Origin: Oscillospiraceae bacterium | GTDB taxonomy: Bacteria; Bacillota; Clostridia; Oscillospirales; Ruminococcaceae | Reading direction: 5' to 3' | DNA: 64,000 nucleotides | NCBI GenBank assembly: GCA_022787085.1 | Contig: JALFVE010000005.1 | Location: 12,142 to 76,141, forward strand | Shown here: positions 17,960-28,373 of the stretch, piece by piece | Numbering within the stretch: the stretch's first letter is position 1 | Layout: each line of letters opens with the position of its first letter | Translations under genes and position numbers: made by a program | The notes under the pieces: generated by a model | What the model saw: the letters and a program-made list of their open reading frames with translations, nothing else | What the model was told of the DNA's origin: nothing | Databases searched by the model: none

Positions 17960-20119
17960 ATGCCTAACAGCAAAGCTTCGGGCTCCTCTGTGATGCGCAA
18001 GGCTCAGAGATCTCCCCAGGGTGAAAACGACATTTTCGCTCTTGATATAGGCACCCGCAACGTGGTCGGCGTTATCGGGCATATGGATGACGGCGTTTTT
18101 GTGGTGACTGACGCTTACTCCGTTCCTCATGTCCGCCGTGCCATGCTGGACGGTCAGATCGAGGATATTGTGGAGACCGCAAGGATCGTGGGCAAGGTCA
18201 AGGCTGCTCTTGAGGAAAAGGCAGGTATGCTCCTCTCCAGAGTCGCTATCGCTGCCGCAGGACGTGCGCTCAAAACCAGACGTGCTTCCCTTGAGGCTGA
18301 GCTTGACGGCAAGGAGAGCATTACCGAAAATATGCTCAAATCCCTGGAGCTTGAGGCTGTTGCCAAGGCTCAGTCCGAGCTTGACAAGGAAAATACCGCT
18401 GAGGGTGAGGGCATTCCATTTTACTGCGTGGGTCACACTGTTATCAGATATTCTCTGGACGATTATCCCATCAAGAGCCTTCTGGGTCACAAGGGCAAAA
18501 AGGTTTCTGTGGAGCTTATTGCCGCATTTCTCCCCGGACTTGTGGTGGAGAGCCTTTACACGGTCATGGATATGAACGGTCTTGATGTCTGCAGCCTCAC
18601 TCTTGAGCCTATTGCCGCTATGAACGTTATTATCCCTCCCGAGGTGCGGCTCATTAACATCGCTCTGGTGGATATCGGCGCAGGTACTACAGATATCGCA
18701 GTTTCAAGAGGCGGAAGCATTGTGGCTTATGCTATGGCTACCATTGCGGGCGATGAGATAACCGAGGAAATTATTCAGAAATACCTGGTGGATTTTGAAA
18801 CTGCCGAGAACATGAAGCTCTCTCCTCCCGATGAGGATGTTGTTTTTACCGATATTCTGGGCTTTGAACATACTGTCAGCTCCGAGGAATTTTACTCGAG
18901 CCTGTTCCCTGCTGTGGAGCAGCTGGCGGATACCATTGCAGATAATGTTCTGGAGGCTAACGGCGAGGCTCCTGCGGCGGTTTTCCTTGTGGGCGGCGGC
19001 AGCCTTATCCCCGAGCTTTCCTCCCTTGTTGCCGAAAAGCTGAATGTCCCCGAAAACAGAGTTGCCATCGGCGGTCAGACCTTCCGCAAGACTATTGATC
19101 TCAGCCGTGTGGATATTTCGGGTCCCGAATATGTTACGCCCATCGGCATCGGCATTACTGCCACTCTTCAGAAGGGCTATGAGTTCTCTCAGGTCACTCT
19201 CAACGGCAGCAAATTCCGTATTTTCGACACAAAGACCATCACCGCTGCTGATGTGCTCATAAATGCCGGCTTCCAGACTCCTCAGATAATCGGCAAATCG
19301 GGCAGAGGTCTTATCTTTACCCTGAACGGCGAGAAGCAGACACTCAGAGGCGAGACCTCCGCTCCCGCTCAGATAATTGTGAACGGTCTCCCTGCCGCTC
19401 TCGAATACACCGTTAAGCATGGAGATGTTATTGATTTCACCCCTGCTACCATCGGTGCAAATGCCGCTGTTACCGTAAGCGATATTGCAGGCGAGGTCAT
19501 CAAGAAGAAGATAATCATTGACGGCGAGGAATACTCCTTCGGCAAGACCGTTCGTGCAAACGGCACCATCGTTACGGGCAGCTACAGCGTTCAGAATTAC
19601 GATAACATTGAGATAGAGACTATTGAAACTCTGGGCGACCTTATTCTTTCCCTGCCCTTCGACTGCTCACGCATTGCCTTCTATAAGAATGACAGGCTGG
19701 TCAAGAATGACTACATACTTGAGGAAAATGACTCCTTTGTTACTAAGGACAGAAAGCCTTCGGAGAATAATCTCCCGAATCAGGCTCGTGATATCGCTCT
19801 GAAGGATGAAAAGGCGAACCGCACTGTTGAAACTCTTTCGGGCATTCCTATGGCTGCTCCCGAGCCTGCCGAAGCTCCTCAGCCTCAGAATGACAATGCC
19901 GGCGGCATTACCGTTATCTTAAACGGCAGACGCACTCCCCTTGAAGCACGTTCCGACGGCTCTCCCCATGAATTTATCGAGCTTATGGCGCTGGCGGATA
20001 TCGACATCAGCGATCCCCCTCCGGGCGGTAACATGATACTTACCATCAACGGCAAAAATGCTGCTTTTATGGACACTATTAATGAAGGCGACAGCATTGT
20101 TATTAAGTGGGATAAGTAA
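17960..20119 (+). CDS. FtsA/PilM-like actin-fold ATPase with C-terminal beta-grasp (ubiquitin/MoaD-like) repeats
   Basis: ALDIGTR, DGQIEDI, TLEPIAA, DIGAGTTD, AGDEIT, LVGGGS; then repeats ending in NG...L..G D.I. Confidence 0.8.
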   Translation: MPNSKASGSSVMRKAQRSPQGENDIFALDIGTRNVVGVIGHMDDGVFVVTDAYSVPHVRRAMLDGQIEDIVETARIVGKVKAALEEKAGMLLSRVAIAAAGRALKTRRASLEAELDGKESITENMLKSLELEAVAKAQSELDKENTAEGEGIPFYCVGHTVIRYSLDDYPIKSLLGHKGKKVSVELIAAFLPGLVVESLYTVMDMNGLDVCSLTLEPIAAMNVIIPPEVRLINIALVDIGAGTTDIAVSRGGSIVAYAMATIAGDEITEEIIQKYLVDFETAENMKLSPPDEDVVFTDILGFEHTVSSEEFYSSLFPAVEQLADTIADNVLEANGEAPAAVFLVGGGSLIPELSSLVAEKLNVPENRVAIGGQTFRKTIDLSRVDISGPEYVTPIGIGITATLQKGYEFSQVTLNGSKFRIFDTKTITAADVLINAGFQTPQIIGKSGRGLIFTLNGEKQTLRGETSAPAQIIVNGLPAALEYTVKHGDVIDFTPATIGANAAVTVSDIAGEVIKKKIIIDGEEYSFGKTVRANGTIVTGSYSVQNYDNIEIETIETLGDLILSLPFDCSRIAFYKNDRLVKNDYILEENDSFVTKDRKPSENNLPNQARDIALKDEKANRTVETLSGIPMAAPEPAEAPQPQNDNAGGITVILNGRRTPLEARSDGSPHEFIELMALADIDISDPPPGGNMILTINGKNAAFMDTINEGDSIVIKWDK

Positions 20120-20128
20120 GCTTTATGC

Positions 20129-20165
20129 GTCCCTCTCCGATCATTTTCGGAGGGGGACTTTTCTT
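20129..20165 (+). terminator. Terminator after the FtsA-like gene
   Basis: GTCCCTCTCCGA/TCGGAGGGGGAC plus T-run. Confidence 0.8.
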
Positions 20166-20224
20166 TATTTTACATAAATTTCACCTTTCGGAAGTTATAA
20201 TTAAGGCAAATATTGTTCTTTTCC

Positions 20225-20268
20225 GATTTTACCCCGATTTTACATAAGGCGGGTTTCGGATTTTACAT
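20225..20268 (+). promoter_or_regulatory. Candidate Pho box upstream of pstS
   Basis: GATTTTAC direct repeats at 20225, 20236 (11-bp period) and 20259; resembles PhoP TT(A/T/C)ACA repeats. Confidence 0.6.
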
Positions 20269-20355
20269 TGCGGGTATATTATTAAAATGTACCGCAGATA
20301 AGCGATAAATGTTGTAAATGTAAATCGGACGATTTACCGAAAGGAAGTATTTAAA

Positions 20356-21282
20356 ATGAAAAATTCAGCAAAAAAATTTCTGGCTTTTGCAGCAGCAATG
20401 ACAATGGCAGCTTCATTCTCAGCCTGCGGCGGCACCGCAGAGGGCGGAGCTTCCTCAGAAGGCAGCGCTGCTCCCGCAGCAAGCAGCAGCTTTAAAAAGT
20501 CCTCCGACATTGCCGTTATCTCAAGAGAGGACGGCTCGGGCACAAGAGGCGCTTTTGTAGAGCTTTTCGGTGTTGAACAGAAAAACGACGCAGGCGAGAA
20601 GATCGACTACACTATTGACACCGCTGCTATCACTCAGAGCACAGGCGTTATGAAAACCAGCGTTTCTCAGAATGAGTATGCTATCGGCTACATTTCTCTC
20701 GGCTCCCTTGACGACACCGTTAAGGCTGTTAACATTGACGGCGCAGAAGCTACCGTTGACAACATCAAGAACGGCAGCTACAAAATTTCCCGTCCCTTTA
20801 ACATCGTGACCACATCGAATATTTCTCCTCTTGCTCAGGATTTCATCGACTTTATCATGTCCGCTGACGGACAGGCTGTTATCGAGGGCGAGAAGTACAT
20901 TCCCGTTTCCGACGCTCCCGCTTATTCGGGAACAAAGCAGAGCGGCAAGATCACCGTTGCAGGCTCCTCCTCCGTCACCCCCGTTATGGAAAAGCTCAAG
21001 GAGGCTTATGCGGCTGTAAATCCCGACGTTACCGTTGAGATAAATCAGAGCGATTCCACCACGGGCGTTAACAGTGCGGTTGATGGTATCTGCGATATCG
21101 GCATGGCTTCAAGAGAGCTTAAAAACAGCGAGGTCGAAAAGGGCGCTGTTTCCACCGTTATTGCTATGGACGGCATTACCGTTATCGTAAGCAACGACAA
21201 TCCCGTTACCGAGCTTTCCGCAGACGAGGTCAAGGACATTTACACAGGCAAGATCACCACTTGGGATTCGCTTGTTGACTAA
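20356..21282 (+). CDS. pstS: Phosphate ABC transporter substrate-binding lipoprotein
   Basis: Lipobox FSAC; SREDGSGTRGAF, AGSSSV, SDSTTG, IGMASR, IAMDGI. Confidence 0.93.
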   Translation: MKNSAKKFLAFAAAMTMAASFSACGGTAEGGASSEGSAAPAASSSFKKSSDIAVISREDGSGTRGAFVELFGVEQKNDAGEKIDYTIDTAAITQSTGVMKTSVSQNEYAIGYISLGSLDDTVKAVNIDGAEATVDNIKNGSYKISRPFNIVTTSNISPLAQDFIDFIMSADGQAVIEGEKYIPVSDAPAYSGTKQSGKITVAGSSSVTPVMEKLKEAYAAVNPDVTVEINQSDSTTGVNSAVDGICDIGMASRELKNSEVEKGAVSTVIAMDGITVIVSNDNPVTELSADEVKDIYTGKITTWDSLVD

Positions 21283-21345
21283 TATAATATGAGAGGAGCG
21301 TTCCGCCTCTTGCCATCAGACAAGGAGCGGAACGATTTTTAAGCT

Positions 21346-22200
21346 ATGAATAATTTTAAGGAAAAGGCTATGCATATTGTTTTCGCCGCCTCTGCCTGCA
21401 TTTCTATCCTTGCGGTGGCTCTCATATGCATATTCCTCTTTGCAAACGGAATACCTGCCATCGGCAAGATAGGCGTCGGGGATTTCCTCACAGGCAGGCA
21501 GTGGAAGCCCTCTAACGATATTTACGGCATTTTCCCTATGATCATCGGCAGCCTTTATGTCACTGCGGGCGCTGTTATCATCGGCGTTCCCATCGGTATT
21601 CTCACCGCTATTTTTATGGCAAGATTCTGCCCCAAGGAAATCTATAAAATTGCAAAGCCTGCTATTGAGCTGCTTGCGGGTATTCCCTCGGTGGTGTACG
21701 GCTTCTTCGGGCTGATGGTAATCGTGCCCCTAATCAGAAGTCTTTTCGGCGGAAACGGCACAAGTATGCTGGCTGCCTCGGTGGTTCTCGGAATTATGAT
21801 ACTGCCCACCATTATCGGCGTTTCCGAAAGCGCCATCAGGGCTGTTCCCGAAAGCTATTACGAAGGCTCCTTAGGTCTTGGAGCAAGCCATGAGAGAAGC
21901 GTTTTTTTCGCTGTTCTCCCTGCGGCTAAATCGGGAATTTTAGCAGGCGTTATCCTCGGGATAGGCCGTGCCATCGGCGAGACTATGGCTGTTGTTATGG
22001 TTGCGGGAAATCAGGCTGTCCTCCCCGAAAAGCTCACTCAGGGCGTGAGAACTATGACCGCTAATATCGTTCTTGAGATGGGCTATGCCGCTGATCTTCA
22101 CAGAGAAGCTCTTATTGCTACGGCGGTGGTGCTTTTCGTGTTCATACTTATTATCAACCTCTCATTCTCCGTTATCAAGAGAAAAACAGCTGACAATTGA
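21346..22200 (+). CDS. pstC: Phosphate ABC transporter permease
   Basis: LAGIPSVVYG, MILPT, RAIGETMAV; operon position. Confidence 0.95.
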   Translation: MNNFKEKAMHIVFAASACISILAVALICIFLFANGIPAIGKIGVGDFLTGRQWKPSNDIYGIFPMIIGSLYVTAGAVIIGVPIGILTAIFMARFCPKEIYKIAKPAIELLAGIPSVVYGFFGLMVIVPLIRSLFGGNGTSMLAASVVLGIMILPTIIGVSESAIRAVPESYYEGSLGLGASHERSVFFAVLPAAKSGILAGVILGIGRAIGETMAVVMVAGNQAVLPEKLTQGVRTMTANIVLEMGYAADLHREALIATAVVLFVFILIINLSFSVIKRKTADN

Positions 22201-22215
22201 GAAAGGAAAATTTTT

Positions 22216-23097
22216 ATGAACAACACTTCTGCCGCAGCAATTCCTGCTGTGAAGGACAACAGCACTTCCAAAGCTCACTTCACCTCGAAGCTTCAGTCGG
22301 TGCTGCTGGGGGGCGCTGTATGGGTAGCCGCAGGTATTACTCTGCTGTCGCTTCTGAGCATTATTATCTATATTCTTTACAAGGGAATCCCGAATCTTTC
22401 CCTTGAGCTTTTTGCTCCTCAGTACACCACCGAAAATCTCTCCCTTTTCCCTGCTCTCATAAATACGGTCACTATGACCCTGCTTTCTCTGGTCATTGCT
22501 GTGCCTCTCGGGGTGTTTTCGGCGGTTTACATGGTGGAATATGCCAAAAGAGGCAACAAGCTCGTTACTGCTGTGGGTATTACCACAGAGACCCTTTCGG
22601 GCATTCCCTCCATCGTTTACGGACTTTTCGGATATCTTCTTTTTGTATCTCAGCTCAAATGGGGCTACTGCATGATGGCGGGCGCTCTTACCCTGTCTAT
22701 TATGATTCTCCCCCTTATTATGCGGACAACTGAGGAGGCGCTCAGAAGCGTTCCCGACAGCTTCCGTGAGGGCAGCTTCGGTCTGGGTGCGGGCAAGCTC
22801 AGGACGGTTTTCAGGATCGTTCTCCCCTCTGCCGTTCCCGGAATACTTGCGGGCGTTATCCTTGCCATCGGCAGGATCGCAGGCGAGACTGCCGCTCTTA
22901 TTTTTACCGCAGGCACGGTGGCTCAGATACCCGACAGCTTTATGGGCTCGGGCAGAACTCTTGCTATTCATCTATATGCTCTCTGGAACGAGGGGCTTGC
23001 TGCGGAGCAGTCCTATGCCACAGCTGTTGTTCTGCTGGTAATCGTTGTGCTCATTAATATGCTCTCCTCCTTTATCGCTAAGAAAATATCCAAATAA
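22216..23097 (+). CDS. pstA: Phosphate ABC transporter permease
   Basis: [32 protein letters not shown]. Confidence 0.95.
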   Translation: MNNTSAAAIPAVKDNSTSKAHFTSKLQSVLLGGAVWVAAGITLLSLLSIIIYILYKGIPNLSLELFAPQYTTENLSLFPALINTVTMTLLSLVIAVPLGVFSAVYMVEYAKRGNKLVTAVGITTETLSGIPSIVYGLFGYLLFVSQLKWGYCMMAGALTLSIMILPLIMRTTEEALRSVPDSFREGSFGLGAGKLRTVFRIVLPSAVPGILAGVILAIGRIAGETAALIFTAGTVAQIPDSFMGSGRTLAIHLYALWNEGLAAEQSYATAVVLLVIVVLINMLSSFIAKKISK

Positions 23098-23113
23098 AAG
23101 GAAAGGTATTAAG

Positions 23114-23863
23114 ATGTATAAATTTGAAATTGATAAGCTGAATCTCCATTACGGCAAATTCCACGCATTAAAGGACGTTTCCATTAACATCCCCGCAGGC
23201 GAGATAACCGCCTTTATCGGTCCCTCGGGCTGCGGAAAATCTACTCTGCTCAAAAGCCTCAACCGCATGAACGACCTTGTGGAGGGCTGCGTTATCGAGG
23301 GAAAGGCGCTCCTTGACGGCGAGGATATTTACGGCAGCATTGATGTGAATCTTCTGAGAAAAAAAGTAGGTATGGTTTTTCAGAAGCCAAATCCCTTCCC
23401 AATGAGCGTTTATGACAATATCGCTTACGGTCCCCGGACACATGGTATCCATTCAAAGGCAAGGCTTGACGAGATCGTCGAACGCTCACTTACCGACGCT
23501 GCCATCTGGGACGAGCTTAAAGACAGGCTCAAAAAAAGCGCTCTCGGTCTTTCTGGCGGTCAGCAGCAGAGGCTTTGCATTGCAAGAGCTCTGGCGGTGG
23601 AGCCTGATGTGCTGCTCATGGACGAGCCCACCTCAGCTCTCGACCCCATTTCCACCAACAAGATCGAGGACCTTGCCATCAGTCTAAAGGACAAGTACAC
23701 TATTGTAATTGTAACTCATAATATGCAGCAGGCAACAAGAATTTCCGACCGCACTGCGTTTTTCCTCCTTGGCGAAGTGGTGGAATACGACAAGACCGAA
23801 AAGCTCTTTTCTTCGCCCTCCGACAAGCGCACCGAGGATTATATCACAGGACGCTTCGGCTAA
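23114..23863 (+). CDS. pstB: Phosphate ABC transporter ATP-binding protein
   Basis: [42 protein letters not shown]; start ATG 23114 with SD GAAAGG. Confidence 0.97.
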   Translation: MYKFEIDKLNLHYGKFHALKDVSINIPAGEITAFIGPSGCGKSTLLKSLNRMNDLVEGCVIEGKALLDGEDIYGSIDVNLLRKKVGMVFQKPNPFPMSVYDNIAYGPRTHGIHSKARLDEIVERSLTDAAIWDELKDRLKKSALGLSGGQQQRLCIARALAVEPDVLLMDEPTSALDPISTNKIEDLAISLKDKYTIVIVTHNMQQATRISDRTAFFLLGEVVEYDKTEKLFSSPSDKRTEDYITGRFG

Positions 23864-23915
23864 GCATTGCGCTTATTTCCGAAATAATTTTTGATTTTCC
23901 CGAAAGGAATTTGCT

Positions 23916-24560
23916 ATGAGAAACAGATTTGAAATGCAGCTTGAAGAGCTGAACGTTGACCTTATCAAAATGGGCGCTGCCTGCGAAACTGCCATTTCCA
24001 TGGCTGTCAAGGCGCTCCTTAACAACGATACCGCTCTTGCGGAGGACGTTAAGGAAACTGAACGGGAAATAGACCATATGGAAAGAGCCATTGAGGGTCT
24101 TTGCATGAAGCTTATCCTTCAGCAGCAGCCCGTTGCAAGAGATCTGCGCACCATTTCCTCCGCTCTCAAAATGATAACCGATATGGAGCGTATCGGCGAT
24201 CAGGCGGCGGATATTGCGGGGCTTATCAAATTTTGCAGTGTTGACGACGCAGGCAGCAGATGCAGAGAGGATATCGCTAAAATGGCGGAGGCGGCTATTA
24301 AAATGGTCACTGCCAGCGTTGACGCTTTTGTTAAGCTCGATATGGACGGCGCCAAGAAGGTCATTGCCGCAGATGATGAAATTGACGGCTTGTTTATCAA
24401 GATAAAAGGTGATATAATAAATATAATAGCGGAAAATGCCGCTCTGGGCGAAACGGTATTCGATATTGTAATGATTGCCAAATACCTGGAAAGGATCGGC
24501 GATCATGCCACTAATATTGCCGAATGGGTGGTCTTTTCCATTACGGGAGAGCATGAATAA
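23916..24560 (+). CDS. phoU: Phosphate signalling complex protein
   Basis: QQPVARDLR, ERIGD twice, ATNIAEWV. Confidence 0.96.
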   Translation: MRNRFEMQLEELNVDLIKMGAACETAISMAVKALLNNDTALAEDVKETEREIDHMERAIEGLCMKLILQQQPVARDLRTISSALKMITDMERIGDQAADIAGLIKFCSVDDAGSRCREDIAKMAEAAIKMVTASVDAFVKLDMDGAKKVIAADDEIDGLFIKIKGDIINIIAENAALGETVFDIVMIAKYLERIGDHATNIAEWVVFSITGEHE

Positions 24561-24595
24561 TTTCCGCTCAGCTCTCGGAAAGGAATGACTTAACA

Positions 24596-25270
24596 ATGAT
24601 TTTTTACGCTGAGGACGACAGCAGTATCAGGGAACTCGTGCTGTACACGCTCAAAACCACCGGCTTCGATGCTAAGGGCTTTGAAAGCGGTGAGGGGCTT
24701 TTTGCGGAGCTTGCGGCGGGGAATATCCCTGAGCTGCTGCTGCTTGACATAATGCTCCCCGGAGAGGACGGCATTGAAATAATTAAGCGGCTGAAAAGAG
24801 AGGGCTTCGATTTTCCCGTTATTATGGTCACTGCCAAAAATTCCGAGTATGACAAGGTCACGGGGCTTGACTGCGGTGCAGATGACTACATTTCCAAGCC
24901 CTTCGGAATGATGGAGCTTATTGCCCGTATCAAGGCGGTGCTCAGGCGTTCGGGACGGGGCGGTGTCGCTGACTCGGGGAATGTGCTTTGCTCAGGCTCG
25001 GTCGAGCTTGATGTCCGCAGCCATATTGTTACCGTCAACGGTGTTCCCGCAGAGCTTACGCTTAAAGAATTTGAGCTTCTGAGGATTCTTATGAAAAATA
25101 AAAATGCCGTTCTCACCAGAGATATGCTCCTTGAAAGCATCTGGGGCTATGACAGCGCAGGCGAAACAAGGACTGTGGATGTTCATATCAAGACCCTCAG
25201 GCAAAAGCTGGGCGCAGGTGCGGAAATTATCAAGACCGTCCGAGGCGTGGGCTACAAGGTCAGCGAATAA
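24596..25270 (+). CDS. phoB: OmpR-family phosphate response regulator (PhoB/PhoP)
   Basis: AEDD, LLDIMLP, GADDYISKPF, LTLKEFELL, RTVDVHI, TVRGVGY. Confidence 0.9.
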   Translation: MIFYAEDDSSIRELVLYTLKTTGFDAKGFESGEGLFAELAAGNIPELLLLDIMLPGEDGIEIIKRLKREGFDFPVIMVTAKNSEYDKVTGLDCGADDYISKPFGMMELIARIKAVLRRSGRGGVADSGNVLCSGSVELDVRSHIVTVNGVPAELTLKEFELLRILMKNKNAVLTRDMLLESIWGYDSAGETRTVDVHIKTLRQKLGAGAEIIKTVRGVGYKVSE

Positions 25271-25286
25271 GAAAGGCTATTTTGAT

Positions 25287-26966
25287 ATGAAGATGCAGAA
25301 ACGTATTTTTTTAAGCATTTTTTCGGGTTCGTTTATTTCACTGATACTCTCCATCGCCTGCATTATGCTCGTTATGTACAATGCCATGACCGCTGAGCTG
25401 AGAGCGGAGATACGAAACGAGGCTGAGCTTGTCTCCTATGCCATAGGCTCCATGGACACCCATGAAGCCGTGGATGAATACATATCCGAGGCAGGCAGAA
25501 AAAGCGGAAACCGTATCACCTATATCTCCCCCGACGGAACGGTGCTTTTTGATAATTATTCAAAAATTTCCGAAATGGAAAATCACCTTGACCGCCCCGA
25601 GATAGAGGACGCTCTCAAAAACGGCATGGGCACCGCTCTCAGAGCCTCCGATACTCTCGGGGAAAGCACCTATTACTGTGCGGTCAGGCTCGAAAATGGC
25701 AGCGTTATCCGCATTGCTAACACTGCAAAAAGCGCTCTGGGTATCCTCAGCCATCTGACTGTCTGGATCTTCCTGATATGCATTCTGATTTTTGCAGCCT
25801 CCGCAATTATTGCAGGGCTTTTGACCCGCTCCATTATCCGTCCCATAAACGAGCTTGATCTTGACTCCCCCACTGAAAATGAGACCTATGACGAGCTGAC
25901 TCCCCTGCTTTCCCGTATGGACAAGCAGAATGAGAAGATAAATGCTCAGATCGAAAAGCTTTCCGAACAGAAAAGCGAGCTTTCCTTCATTACAGGCAAT
26001 ATGAGCGAGGGTCTGGTGATATTCGGCAGCGGCGGGAATATCCTGTCCGCCAATGCTGCGGCTGTTAAAATCCTCGGAAGCAGCGCTGAGGGCAGCTATA
26101 CCCATCTGTGCCGTGACAGGGAATATCTTGAGGCGGTGGAAGCGGCGCTCAGAGGCGAGGCGGCGGACAGGCTTCTTGAAAAAAACGGCAGATATTACCG
26201 TCTCACCGCAAGCCCCGTTCCCGAGGCAAGAAAATACAGCGCTGTTCTTTTTATCGTCGATATCACCGACAGGGAAAATTCCGAGAAAATGCGCAAGGAA
26301 TTTTCCGCAAATGTTTCACACGAGCTGAAAACTCCTCTGACCTCCATTATGGGTGCGGCGGAGATAATCGAAAAGGGAATCGTCAAGCCCGAGGATATTC
26401 AGCATTTTGCGGGGCGGATACATTCCGAAGCCCTTCGCCTGCTGGCGCTTATCGAGGATATAATCAAGCTGTCAAGGCTTGACGAGGGCGGTCTGAAGCA
26501 GGAATTTGAAGAGGTAAGCCTTGACGGCATCTGCCGCAGCGCTGCGGCGGAGCTTTCACAAAAGGCGGCGGACAGGGGCGTTTCCATTGATCTGAGCCTT
26601 GAGAAGGTCAATATCATGGGGGTAAGCTCCGTTCTTCACGAAATGGTTTATAATCTCTGCGACAACGCTGTTTCCTACAACAAAATGGGCGGCAGAGCGG
26701 AGATATCCCTTGAAAAAACGGAGCAGGGCTGCATCCTGAAAGTCTCGGACAACGGAATCGGCATCGCTCCCGAGCATCACGAAAGGATCTTCGAGCGCTT
26801 CTATCGTGCTGACAAGAGCCATTCAAAGGAAACGGGCGGCACAGGTCTGGGATTATCCATCGTTAAGCACGGTGCTGCTCTTCACGGCGGTGTTATCAGC
26901 CTGCAGAGCGAACCTCAAAAGGGAACGGTAATAAGTATAGAGTTCGGAAATAAGATAAGTACATAA
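25287..26966 (+). CDS. phoR: Phosphate sensor histidine kinase
   Basis: 2 TM, ENHLDRPE, PAS-like region, SHELKTPLT, NLCDNA, DNGIGI, GGTGLGL; start ATG 25287. Confidence 0.9.
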   Translation: MKMQKRIFLSIFSGSFISLILSIACIMLVMYNAMTAELRAEIRNEAELVSYAIGSMDTHEAVDEYISEAGRKSGNRITYISPDGTVLFDNYSKISEMENHLDRPEIEDALKNGMGTALRASDTLGESTYYCAVRLENGSVIRIANTAKSALGILSHLTVWIFLICILIFAASAIIAGLLTRSIIRPINELDLDSPTENETYDELTPLLSRMDKQNEKINAQIEKLSEQKSELSFITGNMSEGLVIFGSGGNILSANAAAVKILGSSAEGSYTHLCRDREYLEAVEAALRGEAADRLLEKNGRYYRLTASPVPEARKYSAVLFIVDITDRENSEKMRKEFSANVSHELKTPLTSIMGAAEIIEKGIVKPEDIQHFAGRIHSEALRLLALIEDIIKLSRLDEGGLKQEFEEVSLDGICRSAAAELSQKAADRGVSIDLSLEKVNIMGVSSVLHEMVYNLCDNAVSYNKMGGRAEISLEKTEQGCILKVSDNGIGIAPEHHERIFERFYRADKSHSKETGGTGLGLSIVKHGAALHGGVISLQSEPQKGTVISIEFGNKIST

Positions 26967-27014
26967 AAAACGACAAAACCTCGCAGTATCACTCTGCGAG
27001 GTTTTGCCGTTTTT
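26967..27014 (+). terminator. pst-pho operon terminator
   Basis: AAAACGACAAAACCTCGCAG/CTGCGAGGTTTTGCCGTTTTT. Confidence 0.8.
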
Positions 27015-27016
27015 GA

Positions 27017-27107
27017 ACTTAACTGAATAAAGTGTTTCTCTCCGCCTGCGGCGGGGAGAAACACTCTCGGATATGTTGAAAAACGATTTATTCAGCGTTT
27101 TCCTAAG
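27017..27107. repeat. Palindromic intergenic element (GC hairpin flanked by CTGAATAAA/TTTATTCAG)
   Basis: GTGTTTCTCTCCGCC-TGC-GGCGGGGAGAAACAC core at 27032-27064; outer inverted 9-mer at 27023-27031 and 27087-27095. Confidence 0.55.
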
Positions 27108-27110
27108 GTT

Positions 27111-28373
27111 TTATTCATATCTCAAAGCCTCGATGGGATCGAGCTTTGCAGCACGGTTTGCGGGATAGTAGCCGAAGAATACTCCTATCGCCATGGAGAA
27201 GCCCACCGCAAGCACAATGGAGCCGATGGTGGGAGGTGCTGTGGTTCCCACTATAAGTCCTGCAATGTTTCCGAGGAGGACTCCAAAAAGGATTCCGATC
27301 ACTCCGCCGATAAGGCAGATGATGATGGATTCCACGATAAACTGCATCCTGATCGCAGAATTTGGGGCACCCATTGCCTTTCTGACGCCGATCTCCCTGG
27401 TTCTCTCGGTAACGGACACAAGCATAATGTTCATTACGCCGATTCCGCCTACAAGCAGGGAAATTCCCGCAATTACGGAGATCGCAAGCTGGAGCATACC
27501 GAGAACCTGATCTATCATATCCATCTGGGACTGAGCTGTCATATACATTATTTCGATGGAGTCATTGTCACGGTAATAGCTGTTGTTTAAGTAGTCTCTG
27601 ACCTCAGCAGAGAATCGGTCTGCGTCAACTCCTGTTTTGGTATTGACATAGAAATAGTAGAAGGTGTCGTCATTTACGCCCTGAAAACGGTTGAAAGTGG
27701 TGTAGGGCATATATATCTCGCTGTTCCAGTCATCACCCATCATATTTACCATTGCAGACATTATTCCCGAAAGCTGATACTTATATACGCCTACAATGGT
27801 GAGGTCGATCATGCTGCCGTCGTTCATTGTCAGGGCGATGGTCTTGCCTATGGCGCCTCTTTCCGAGCCGAATATTTTACTTGCCTGCTTATCGGAAATA
27901 ACTGCTGTACTGCGGAACTGCTCACAATCCTTGTCGGATATGTAGCGCCCTGCGATCACCTTTGTCATACTCTGTTTAATGTATCCGGGGTTTACTCCGT
28001 AAAGGCTGATATCATATTCCTTGCGGCGGATATTCATTTTTCCCGAATTGCTATCGGTGTTCAGCGCCACAGCATCTATATCGTCAGCAAATTTCTGCTC
28101 TATGTCCTTTATCATTTCAGCGGTGATGAAGTCCTCGTTCATAATATAGTCACGCTGAGCGTCGTCCTTCATATTAAGCTGAAATGCAACCAGATTTGCT
28201 CCGCCCTGGGAATTGAATATATCCATAACGCTGTTTTCCATAATGCTTCCCAGGGTGCTGATGGCAATTACCGAGCCGATTCCGATTATGATTCCGAGCA
28301 TTGTAAGAAATGCTCGCATCTTATTGGAGCGAAGTCCCGAGATAGCAAGCATTACATTTTCAAAAAATCCCAT
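27111..28373 (-). CDS. MacB/YknZ-like ABC permease
   Basis: [55 protein letters not shown]. Confidence 0.95.
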   Translation of the reverse strand: MGFFENVMLAISGLRSNKMRAFLTMLGIIIGIGSVIAISTLGSIMENSVMDIFNSQGGANLVAFQLNMKDDAQRDYIMNEDFITAEMIKDIEQKFADDIDAVALNTDSNSGKMNIRRKEYDISLYGVNPGYIKQSMTKVIAGRYISDKDCEQFRSTAVISDKQASKIFGSERGAIGKTIALTMNDGSMIDLTIVGVYKYQLSGIMSAMVNMMGDDWNSEIYMPYTTFNRFQGVNDDTFYYFYVNTKTGVDADRFSAEVRDYLNNSYYRDNDSIEIMYMTAQSQMDMIDQVLGMLQLAISVIAGISLLVGGIGVMNIMLVSVTERTREIGVRKAMGAPNSAIRMQFIVESIIICLIGGVIGILFGVLLGNIAGLIVGTTAPPTIGSIVLAVGFSMAIGVFFGYYPANRAAKLDPIEALRYE

